Shown here: piece after piece, positions 25,801-37,479 of the stretch | Layout of the letters: each line of letters begins with the position of its first letter | Position numbering within the stretch: the stretch's first letter is position 1 | Source of the DNA: Macrostomum lignano | Taxonomy: Eukaryota | Length of the DNA stretch: 57,270 nt | Assembly: GCA_002269645.1 (NCBI GenBank) | Contig: NIVC01003108.1 | Span: 61,685-118,954, forward strand | Reading direction: 5' to 3' | Notes under the pieces: generated by a model | Databases searched by the model: none | What the model was told of the DNA's origin: nothing | The model's input: only the letters and a program-made list of their open reading frames with translations | Made by a program: the position numbers and the translations under genes

Positions 25801-28800
25801 ACTGTCAGTAATGCAATAGAAAATTGATAACTGACCAGAACATTCCCATAGCCAAACCTGATAGCTGGAGTTGTCACAGGCCAGCCCGGCGGCGATGGGC
25901 TCGCCGTAGCAGACCTGGCCACGCCGGCGCGCCTTGGAAATGGCCTCGCCGGCCTCGGCGCTCATCACGTGCACCACATAGAGCGGGCAGTTGGCCTCGT
26001 CAGCTATGGCCAGCGCGCGCGTAGTGGCCTCGATCTCCATGGCCTCCGGGCGGGAGTAAGAGTGACCCTCTGGCCCGCGGATTCCGTCAGCGACCAGCTG
26101 TTCGGCTTTGCGCTCGATAATCTGGTTGGGGGAGGGTGGGAGCGGATTAGCGAGGAGCGGGATGACAGTATTGGAAATCGATACAGGCTTTACTGTCAAG
26201 ATGAACTGCGCTACTGGGGGAGATGACTAAGAGACTGGTTTATTTTGAGACAGGGAGAGACGGAGATGAAGACGGAGAGAGGGGGATAAAGGCAGAGAGA
26301 GGGAGATGGAGACGGAGACAGGGAGATGGAGACGGAGACAGGGAGATGGAGACGGAGACAGGGAGATGGAGACGGAGACAGGGAGATGGAGACGGAGACA
26401 GGGAGATGGAGACGGAGAGAGGGAGACGGAGACAGGGAGATGGAGACGGAGACAGGGAGGCAGAGACAGAGAGAGGGAGATAGAGACGGAGAGGTAGATA
26501 GAGACGGAGACAGGGAGATGGAGACGGAGACAGGGAGGCAGAGACAGAGGGAGGGAGATAGAGACGGAGAGGTAGATAGAGACGGAGACAGGGAGATGGA
26601 GACGGAGACAGGGAGGCAGAGACAGAGAGAGGGAGATAGAGACGGAGAGGTAGATAGAGACGGAGACAGGGAGATGGAGACGGAGACAGGGAGGCAGAGA
26701 CAGAGAGAGGGAGATAGAGACGGAGAGGTAGATAGAGACGGAGACAGGGAGATGGAGACGGAGACAGGGAGGCAGAGACAGAGAGAGGGAGATAGAGACG
26801 GAGAGGTAGATAGAGACGGAGACAGGGAGATGGAGACGGAGAGAGGGAGATAAAGGCAGAGACAGAGAGAGGGAGATAGAGACGGAGAGGTAGATAGAGA
26901 CGGAGACAGGGAGATGGAGACGGAGACAGGGAGATGGAGACGGAGACAGGGAGATAGAGACGGAGACAGGGAGGCAGAGACAGAGAGAGGGAGATAGAGA
27001 CGGAGAGGTAGATAGAGACGGGGACAGGGAGATAGAGACGGAGACAGGGAGATGGAGACGGAGACAGGGAGGCAGAGACGGAGACAGGGAGATGGAGACG
27101 GAGAAACGGAAAGGTAGATACTCGTAGAGACGGAGAGGATAGGGAAGAGAAGGAGATAAGATGGAGATACAGATGGGAGAGAGGAGACAGGCAGGTGCAA
27201 AAGCCGCTTACCTTGCCATTCTCAGCGTGCACCTGAGCCACAGCGCCCAGCTTCCGGCAAGCCTGGAACACATTGAGCATCTCGTCATCCTCCAGCAGGA
27301 AGACATTCCTGTAGGCCATGAAGCACTTGAACGAGTTGATGCCTTTCTCCTTCACCAGGGTGGCCATCTCGTTGGCGGTCTTGTCGCCCCACTGTGGCAC
27401 GATCACGTGCAGGCCGTAGTCGCAGCAGACTTTCTCGTCCGCCCAGGCCCGGTACTTGTTGTACCAGTCCATCAGAGAGTCGCCGCGCGGGCAGGCCACG
27501 AAGTCGATGATCATTGTGGTACCGCCGGCCAGGGCAGCCCGAGTGCCAGTGTAGAAATCGTCCGCCGAATGCGTGCCCATGAAGGGCATCTGCATGTGCG
27601 TGTGCGGGTCGATGCCGCCTGGGGGGGGGGACAGGGATGATGGCAAGGAGTTCGAATTTTTATTGAATTTTGAGAACCATGCTATTGTGTATACTGGGGT
27701 CACGCAAGGTCAACTTCAATATGCTTCATAAAGATACTGTATATAGGGGTCACCTGAAGACAACTACAATAAGCCAGATACTGAATAGTAAGGTCATGTC
27801 AGGTCAATCAAACTATGCTAGAGACTGTATAGAGAGGTCACGCCAGGTCAACCACACAGTCCCGGAAGCTATTAACCGGGTTCAAGCCAGGTCAACCACA
27901 CAGTCCCGGAAGCTATTAACCGGGTTCACGCCAGGTCAACCACAACAGTCCGGAAGCTATTAACCGGGTCACGCCAGGTCAACCACAACAGTCTCAGAAG
28001 CTATTAACCGGGGTCACGCCAGCTCAACCACAACAGTCCGGAAGCTAGCTCGTATTAACCGGGGTCACGCCAGCTCAACCACAACAGTCCGGAAGCTATT
28101 AACCGGGTCACGCCAGCTCAACCACAACAGTCCGGAAGCCATTAACCGGGTTCAAGCCAGGTCAACCACAACAGTCTCAGAAGCTATTAACCGGGTTCAA
28201 GCCAGGTCAACCACAACAGTCTCAGAAGCTATTAACCGGGGTCACGCCAGCTCAACCACAACAGTCCGGAAGCTATTAACCGGGGTCACGCCAGCTCAAC
28301 CACAACAGTCCGGAAGCTATTAACCGGGGTCACGCCAGCTCAACCACAACAGTCCGGAAGCTATTAACCGGGGTCACGCCAGGTCAACCACAACAGTCCG
28401 GAAGCTATTAACCGGGGTCACGCCAGGTCAACCACAACAGTCCGGAAGCTATTAACCCTCAAACGGAAATTTGGGGTCCAATGGACCCCACGATAACTTT
28501 TCCCATGTGTTTTCAATGGAGGTTTTTCTATTATCGTGGCCTAACCGTTTGAGGGTTAACCGGGGTCACGCCAGCTCAACCACAACAGTCCGGAAGCTAT
28601 TAACCGGGGTCACTCCATGTCAACCACAACAGTCTCAGAAGCTATTAACCGGGGTCACTCCATGTCAACCACAACAGTCTCAGAAGCTATTAACCGGGTT
28701 CAAGCCAGGTCAACGACAACAGTCTCAGAAGCTATTAACCGGGTTCAAGCCAGGTCAACCACAACAGTCTCAAAAGCTATTAACCGGGTTCAAGCCAGGT

Positions 28801-29040
28801 CAACCCGAGTGCCTCACCCGGCATGATCAGCATTCCAGCGGCATCGATGACGCGAACTCCGCCGGGAGTGAGCAGGCCGGTGCCAACCTGCTTGATGACG
28901 CCGCCCTCCACATAGACGTCGGCCTCCTGAATGCCGTCATCGTTCACCACTTTGCCGCCCTTGATTAGCAGGCGGTTCTGCGACGACTGCACGTGATGGC
29001 CGAGCTTGTTGACTCCGATTTGGACTTTGGCGTCGTTCAT
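22834..29040 (-). CDS. DPYS: Dihydropyrimidinase (DHP/CRMP family), 5 exons: 28818-29040, 27212-27618, 25858-26121, 24926-25302, 22834-23350; 595 aa
   Basis: GGIDPHTH metal motif, [25 protein letters not shown] (carbamylated Lys), [56 protein letters not shown]; all introns GT-AG with matching phases. Confidence 0.97.
23437..24905 (+). repeat. 39-bp minisatellite in DPYS intron 4, copy B
   Basis: Tandem units. Confidence 0.97.
25320..25685 (+). repeat. 31-bp minisatellite in DPYS intron 3, copy B
   Basis: Tandem units. Confidence 0.95.
26246..27190 (+). repeat. 20-bp purine-rich repeat (GGGAGATGGAGACGGAGACA) with higher-order variants, DPYS intron 2
   Basis: Tandem units. Confidence 0.93.
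27835..28805 (+). repeat. ~44-bp minisatellite (GAAGCTATTAACCGGGGTCACGCCAGCTCAACCACAACAGTCCG), DPYS intron 1
   Basis: Tandem units, interrupted once at 28456-28555. Confidence 0.93.
28456..28555. mobile_element. 100-bp piggyBac-type MITE
   Basis: TTAA on both sides (28452-55, 28556-59), TIR CCCTCAAACGG/CCGTTTGAGGG, internal palindrome TGGGGTCCA-A-TGGACCCCA; the repeat unit resumes exactly after it. Confidence 0.85.
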
Positions 29041-32000
29041 TTTTGTCCGCTTTATTTGTAGCTTTGGGTATCACAGATCGATAAATAGAGATGTCAAAAT
29101 CCGGACTCGGACTGAAATGCGAAATTGATTTTTTAATGTTTAGATGAAGGTACGCTCGCAGTTATAGACCTGGCTGAAACCATACATGCGCAACACCCGG
29201 CGAGGGGCCCAGCCAAGGTAAGTCGCAGAAATTCCCCATCAAAAATAGACTAAAAACTAACTAGATGACGAGGCATTTAGCCTTATAAATACAGTCTTCG
29301 TTACTCCTGCCGGTTACTAAAAAATTAAATTGTTAAGGTTTGTTTCATATGTTGCATTTTTCGTTAAGAAGTAGGTCGCACGGCTGTTGTAAATCAGGAC
29401 GGTTGCGCATGTATGCTGAAATTATCGAATAAAAGACGTGACAGATAGACATTGGTATCGACATACAGACAGACACTAAGACAAACAGACAGAGGATAGG
29501 ACAGACCAACAAGTGCTGCTTGCTGCCAGCGCAGTGTAGAGTAAACTGATTGAAATCAGCAACAGTCTCGCAGGCACAAATAATGCCAGAAATGCAATTG
29601 CAAAGGCCCTGCACACTGCAAGCACGTAATCAAGATCTAAGACTGCACAATATAAGTATAAACAGACCCTGCAAACAGGCTCCAGGCCTCAAGACCTGTA
29701 GGCCTGCTTCATGTCACAGTTCTGTGATTCTGTTGCATAGCAAGTTCTTATCTTTTGTCTTAGGTTTACCACCATAAATACAAGCACTTTTAATACTGGC
29801 ATGATTGCTTGTAAAAAATCTTATAACACAATGTGTACATTTGCCAAATTTTTTTAAAATTAAGCTTTTAAAAATTTGTAATTCTTTGGTGGTCATGCAT
29901 ATCTTTTTTGATGAAAAATTTGAATTAGAAGTAGGTCAAATATTTGAGAATTGATGTTTCTTAATGCTTTCAATGGGCATTCTATTTGAATTTTGTATAC
30001 ATTTGTGTTGTGTTTGTTTAGTTCAATAATTTAAGTCTCTCCTTGGCCAATGCACAATATAGAATGTACATTATCAATAAAAGTTAAGGGGTTTTATGAA
30101 CCTTTGACTAGGCTGGCAATTTGTAGTGTTGATTGAGTTTTATTATTAATAGGTCAGATAGACACTATAGAAAAGAGGGAAGTTATAAAGCTAGCCTAAA
30201 ATGCAATATGCAAATGAAACAAGCATTTTCAACCTTTTAAATTGCTTTGATCTTGTTTGTATTATTTTATAATATAGAGAAAGCAGATGTGACATAGAGA
30301 TGTCACAAGTACATTTGCATATGTGTTTATAGGGAATTTTATATAGTTACTAACAAAACATAATTTTAGGCTATCAGAAGACTGCAAAGATCATTTTGCA
30401 TTAGAGTTAGATGCTTATCTAATATGATTAGGCATAGGGGCCTATTTATCCTTGCATTCTTACAAACTTTAAAAAACTTACTACTTAGCAATGTCTTATT
30501 TTTCTGCATGAAGTAATTTTGGCATCAAATTTTAAACAAACAAACTAAAAAAGTTTGTAAAAATATAGTTCATACATTGTCTTCTTAATGTTGGAAAGTC
30601 TTAAATTTTGCATATTGAACTTTAAAGACTTGAATGGCTTAATGATCCTTTAATATACTCATTTTCTAAGTTTGTTAAAAAAACTCCGTGTCAAAATAAT
30701 AAAAAAACAGAAACTAGGACATTGTCAAAAACTCTAATATTGTTAGTTGCTTCCTATAGACTTTTTGTAGCTTAAATAGTCCTTCTAGAAGCTAATGACT
30801 CTAAAACATTTTTGCCATTGATTAAAAATTTAACTTGGTATGCTTTCTTTTAAATTTGAGCAACTTAACTATAGCATAGTTTTGTGCTTCATTGTGAAAT
30901 TACAATTGATTTGAGTCACATAAGAAATAAATGTCAATCAAATGATTAAAAAAGCAAGGTTAAGAAAATATATAAAATTTAAATGTTGCTCATTTCTTTT
31001 TTATTTTTAGTTCATAATTGTAGTCTAATCATTAAATTAGATTTCATATAGTTCTTTGACTGTTAATTTTTATTAAGTATCAACAAATAATTACTAGATA
31101 TTTTGTTATTGTTTGCATGGTGTAGTCCTACACTACACTACATATTAAAATTAAAAAAGACTATTCTTGATGGACAGTTAGCAATCCATCTATGTATTAT
31201 CTATCGAAATTATCTAGCTTATCTAGATTTTAGTATCTAATATTAGTATAATTACAAAACAACGATTTTATACATTCTCTGCTCTAGATTTTAGTCATGG
31301 TGGTTAGAAGTCAAAATTTAGATTTGCAATTGTTTACTTAGTAACCCATATCATTTATAAAGTTGCTCTTTGTATACGCTTCGTGTCGCGCAACGCACGA
31401 TAATATTTTGTTTTGAGTGAGTATTAACGACGTCTGTGAATACAAATTTGCAAAAAAATATGTTGGCAATCATTTTTTATAAACGGCGGTAATAATCTCT
31501 AAATTTTAAAAATCAGGACGAATTTTTGCGTTTAAAAATGTGTGCGTAAATAATAAGTTCATCAAAACAAAACTATATTCTTTTCGACTGTCAAGCTTGC
31601 TTTTCTTTATCAGTTGATTTTTGAAAATATAGATAATCTATAAAACATTTGTATACAGGATGATAAATTCAATTACTGATAAAGCAAAGTGACGAACACG
31701 GACGTCTTACCATGTTGATTATTGCTTAAATCATATTTGAGTATATTAATTATTGAGGACGGAATTTATGCACCTTCCCAAGCTCTTTCTAATGTACTTT
31801 ACTGCCTACTGCCAGTGGTAATGTCATTTTCTTCTTCCTCGATTTTGTTCCCCATTACCATTATTAATTCCTTCCTTTGTTCAGGCGCCAATCTAGTTGG
31901 CGCCAGATGATATGGGAGAATCACATGACTGACAGATTTTGCTCGTCTGTAGGGTCAAACCATGCTTATAATACGAGATAGGGGCGCATCGCTGCGAGAT

Positions 32001-32700
32001 AGACTGCAGTTCCAAAGCGACTCCTCCATATACTATAGCAATCAAGCAATCAAAGACTGAAAGATAATCTAAAAAAGTAAACTTCGGCGTTCGTCTAAAA
32101 TAGATATTTATAAAAGTTGATACGGAAAGTTGATTACCCTTAAGCTCCCCACGTCAGAATCATATCATATTTCTAAATTATACATGTACATGTAGGTCAG
32201 TTTATTGGCTCAATAAGCAGCCTCTTTGTCGACAGCCAGTTAAATTATGGGGGGGGGGATCAGCCATAATTTATAACGCGTACGACAAAAAGTACATTCA
32301 AAGAAAGAATTAGATCATAAATAAGATCAAAAAGCTTTTCCCAGAATCTCTAGTGTAGCAGCAGTTAAAATACCAATAAATCTCTATATCTATATGCTAA
32401 AATGAACCTTATTTACAATAGAAGATTCAGGAAGGAGAGAACAGCGGCCAGTGCATGAGTTTAGGAGAAGCCGGCAACGTCTCAAAGCGGCACTAAGTGG
32501 ATTTCTTTGTTCGGAAAAGGTGAGAAATTCCAATGATTGCTTTTCACTCAAAGCTTGGAGTGTTGCTGTGGCAACCAAACTAACTGGCAAAGAAGCTTAT
32601 AATCACACTGCGCACACATAGGAAATATGCATTAGGTTGGCTCAGACGAGCTTGCTTTCTACCAAGGAGCATAAGGAGGGACTACCAAACCTCTTGAGTC

Positions 32701-34627
32701 ATGCTACTTCACTCGGAAGCTCTGTACTCTCTGCTGCTGCTGCTGCTGTTCCTGTCTGCCCGCCTGCCTGCAGCTGACGGCCTCGAAAACTCGCGCGCCT
32801 GGCTGAGGGGTTTCGACAACCTCAGCGACTACGAGGAGACGTCAAACCGAACACCTGTATACTCGATAAAACTTTGCCTGTTTGACGCCTCCGAGGCAGC
32901 TCACCTGGTCACCTACAATGAGACTGACAGAACCTGCAAGGAGTTCCGGTGTCGACTGGGTCTGCCGAACTGCCGAAAGTGCCGCAGCTTGTCACTGGGC
33001 GGCTCGGGCGCGAACAATGTCACGGAGGTCTAGGTGAGTTGAAGCCTTTACCGACTGTTTCAACTTTAATCTCGAGAAAGTTTGGCGCAGATCTTCATTT
33101 AGAAATCGCTTTCCTGTCTTGACAATCAAGTGAGCCAGAAGACTTCATTGTACAGTTTTTTTAACACCGCAGACCCCGAAGCCCTTCGCCGACCAGTGCT
33201 GGATCACGGTGCAGCACCGAGTGTCCGACTCCGTGGACTTCAACCGCAGCTGGGCCGAATACAAGGCCGGCTTTGGCGAGGGACCGGCTGGCAACTTCTG
33301 GATCGGTGCGAACTGTTCTTGCTGCACTGCTGCTTGTTTGCCTTTCCCTCTTAATGTGTCTCAAACTTGTCTATGGTTGAGATGCTTTTGAAGTATAGCG
33401 TCGTCATAATTGAGATACGTCTTCTATATATGATGTTCGTGAAATAGTCCAAATTTCTATGGTGATGTCAGTTTGTTAGTCTATGGTGATGTCAGTTGTT
33501 AGTCTATGGTGATGTCAGTTGTTAGTCTATGGTGATGTCAGTTATTCTATGGTGATGTCAGTTGTTAGTCTATGGTGATGTCAGTTGTTAGTCTATGGTG
33601 ATGTCAGTTGTTAGTCTATGGTGATGTCAGTTGTTAGTCTATGGTGATGTCAGTTGTTAGTCTATGGTGATGTCAGTCTATGGTGATGTCAGTTGTTAGT
33701 CTATGGTGATGTCAGTTGTTAGTCTATGGTGATGTCAGTTGTTAGTCTATGGTGATGTCAGTTGTTAGTCTATGGTGATGTCAGTTGTTAGTCTATGGTG
33801 ATGTCAGTTGTTAGTCTATGGTGATGTCAGTTGTTAGTCTATGGTGATGTCAGTTGTTAGTCTATGGTGATGTCAGTTGTTAGTCTATGGTGATGTCCGT
33901 TGTTAGTCTATGGTGATGTCAGTTGTTAGTCTATGGTGATGTCGTTGTTAGTCTATGGTGATGTCAGTTGTTGGTCTATGGTGATGTCAGTTGTTAGTCT
34001 ATGGTGATGTCAGTTGTTAGTCTATGGTGATGTCAGTTATTAGTCTATGGTGATGTCAGTTATTAGTCTATGGTGATGTCAGTTGTTAGTCTATGGTGAT
34101 GTCAGTTGTTAGTCTATGATGATAGACACGCTGAGCACAGCCGCTCCACTTAAAAGACTCGCACTCCAACATTATGCCTGTTAACAGGACTGGAGCAGCT
34201 GCACTCTCTCACCAACTCAAGCACTCAGTCGCGAAAGCTTCGAATTCTGATGAAGTCGTGGAACAGCACCGAGTTCTGGGCCGAATACTCCAACTTCAAG
34301 GTGGGCCCGGAGTCCGGCAAATACAAGATCAGCTTTTCCAGCTCTTACTCAAAAAGCCACTCAACAATTGGAAACTCGATGTCTGTCGCTAATGGCCAGC
34401 TGTTCTCCGCCAGGGACGCCAACAATGACGAATGCAGCAACAGAAACTTCAACTGCGCAGCCCACTACAACGGCTGGTGGTTCAGCTGCTGCTCCAATAT
34501 CTTTCCGAATGGGCAGTTCTTCAACTATCCGACTGCTCTGAGCGCTCCGGACTGGAAAGGCATCGTGTGGCGCTACGGATTCGGGCCAGCGTACTCGCTG
34601 ATGGAGATAGAGATTCTCATCGCCTGA
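32701..34627 (+). CDS. Secreted fibrinogen-related domain (FReD) protein; exons ~32701-33030, 33173-33305, 34188-34627
   Basis: Signal peptide; [32 protein letters not shown]|[50 protein letters not shown] sits just before the strong exon 1 donor, so exon 1 linkage is uncertain. Confidence 0.85.
33455..34117 (+). repeat. 23-bp minisatellite (GTTAGTCTATGGTGATGTCAGTT) in the FReD intron
   Basis: Tandem units. Confidence 0.96.
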
Positions 34628-34638
34628 GTTGTACCGCT

Positions 34639-35173
<535 letters not shown>

Positions 35174-36779
35174 TAGATCAAGTAGGCGGAACCGACTTTC
35201 TTATCATAAGCTTTATGCACCCAGTTTTGACCATAGATATCTGTTTGAAAACCCCAAGCGCAAAGCCCCGGAATCAAGTCATCCTTGCCACGAAATGGCA
35301 CCAATTCAAATTCGCGTATATATTGAAACCTTCCTTCGTTTCCTTGTGCGAAAATGGCAAACACTGTGGCCCGATGGGGCGTTTTCCTTGTGCTCCCGGG
35401 AGGCAAAGCTACGACACGAGACAAAGGGAGTGAGCATCGGTGGAATGCATCTTGATTTCCTGAGCAGCAGTCCAGATGCTAGCTAGAGAAGTCCATGATT
35501 TCTTCATACATACGCACAAGTAGCCAAGTCCTTCCCTGCTCCATACTGTCAACATCATTAATAATTCCGTTTAAGGTTTCTGCAAAATAAAAGCACTGCA
35601 GGTGATCCGTGCATGCAGAATTCATAGCAAAATTTACACTGCAGTCTCATGATGTAGCTCGTAGCAAAGAAGAGAGAGTATGGCTGTTTTCCTTGTGAAA
35701 TCATTGATTTATCCCAACGAATGTATGAATAGAAATTTATTTTTTCAAAGAGAGTTTCAGCCTTGGTGGCAAAATTCACTTGGTTAGTAAAACAACGTCT
35801 AAGAGGTTCGCGGGTGAACATCTGATATTTTAATTTCAAGAATCTTACCATAGAGACCTGAGTGGAATGGAGACGCTTTCATAAGATGTCCTGTGTTTGC
35901 ACGTCGTGTTTGCTTAAAAAGCAGAACCGATTTCTTTGCCACGAACCAGCCAGCAGAAAGTTCAACTAAGGGAGACATTAGAAGCAGTGTTCTACCGGTA
36001 TGGCGTGCTCCCATAGCAACCTGCATGCGCTCAGCCTCCAAAAGGCAGGAAGTCCTGTTCGACAACGTCAAAATTAAAGAAGCAGCTTGCATTGGCTAAA
36101 CTCACTCGTGTAACCACGCCATAGAGAAAGACCGTCAAAGACTCTACTTAAAGGGGGCCATGGTTTGCTTGTTTTCCTTTAGGATGCTCATTTTGGCAAT
36201 GACAGGGTCGTGGACAGCTGTACGCTCTCAGCAACGAAGTTTTTCGTCCTTAGCAACCAACTAATTTTCAAATAAGCTTTATTCCTCATCGCATATTGCG
36301 GCTTCCTACATTAGACTTCTTTCCTTCTCTGCCAGACTCTTTCTCCATAATGTATTCTCTCGCTATTTTGTCCCACATTGCTTCGGGATGTTAGACTAGC
36401 TGCGACGATGTTGTTTGATGTGAAATTGATAGAAAAAAGGTACCTACGAGGAACAGTTTTCATGGAATTACTTTTAAAGTGGTTTAAGCAATAGGCATAT
36501 ACTACTGTTGAAGTGGTTACTTGCATCGCCATTCCGCGAAAAAGAGTTGCGGCAAGAAAACTCTCTGGCTTTCTGGCTTCGCAGAAATTCACAATATGAA
36601 GAACTACCAATAAGTGCAGTTCTGTAAAGCCGAGAGATTTCATGGGACTTCGGTTGCAGTCAGGCTGGCGAGGAAGCTAAGAAACCGTTTCTAACTCGGC
36701 CTTCCTGCTCAAGAAAGAGAATTTTTCCAGCTGTTCGTTAGACAAACACACTTGGCAACATCGGCTGCCGCTGCCAGTC

Positions 36780-36900
36780 GCCAACGCAAGTGCGGCATAT
36801 GGGAACTGGGGGCGTTGCTCAGCGCAATTCGCACATTTCAACAGGTCATTCAAGTCAGTCCAGGCTTGAACCCCATTGAGCATGTTTGGGAATTCAGCGA
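36780..36900 (+). mobile_element. Possible Tc1/IS630 transposase remnant
   Basis: Peptide SPGLNPIEHVW resembles the Tc1 catalytic motif SPDLNPIEH.W; nothing else recognisable. Confidence 0.35.
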
Positions 36901-37479
36901 CGAGTTCAACAGGGTGCATGATTGTGAAGCAATTGTATGAGGGTCTGTCTGATAGTACATGCTATTGTTATTTTGATGTGCTGATGTGGTGCTTTGGCGA
37001 AGATTATCTAGGTATTCTTTATTAGTTTTTGGCAAAGCATTAGGGATAGGGTTGGACTTTAGGTACATGCATGCAGGACACGGAAATTTGGGTAGGACTT
37101 CAAAACTAGCCCTGTTCTTTGTTGGTGTTTTGTCAACCAAAATTTGGTTACTCTTCAACAACTTATACTACTTAAAGTTAGTAGCCTTTAGTCGCTTCGA
37201 ATCCGCTTCGCAAATTGACTAGGTGAGCGCATGATTGGATTACGGGAAGCTTTGTTCAAGCAGTTCTCTACCTGGTAAAGCAGCACTTGCGCTTTCTGCC
37301 ACTTCATTGGAGGCGAATCCATTTAACTCATTTCCTGACCACCCGAACAGAACAGAGAGAAGAACATTTTCTAGCCTATAGCAGCTCCAAGGCTGTTGTC
37401 GGATTTTTCTATTAAAGCTTGGAGTTCTGTTCATCACAGGTTGAGTCACAGGATTGCAAGCACAGAGCTGAACTCAGTC

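Larger units (their letters stand above)
16010..26160 (+). repeat. Tandem segmental duplication, copy B
   Basis: Matches copy A; homology ends after GAGCGGATTAGCGAGGAGCGG at ~26160. Confidence 0.95.

Noticed and set aside
31370-31410. Helitron 3' end
   Set aside because: A hairpin is present but there is no CTRR terminus at the expected distance and no 5' TC boundary was identified
31885-31906. GGCGCCAA-TCTAG-TTGGCGCC palindrome
   Set aside because: Isolated 8-bp stem with no supporting context
35200-36700. Short ORFs as a transposon or viral gene
   Set aside because: No recognisable motif in any frame
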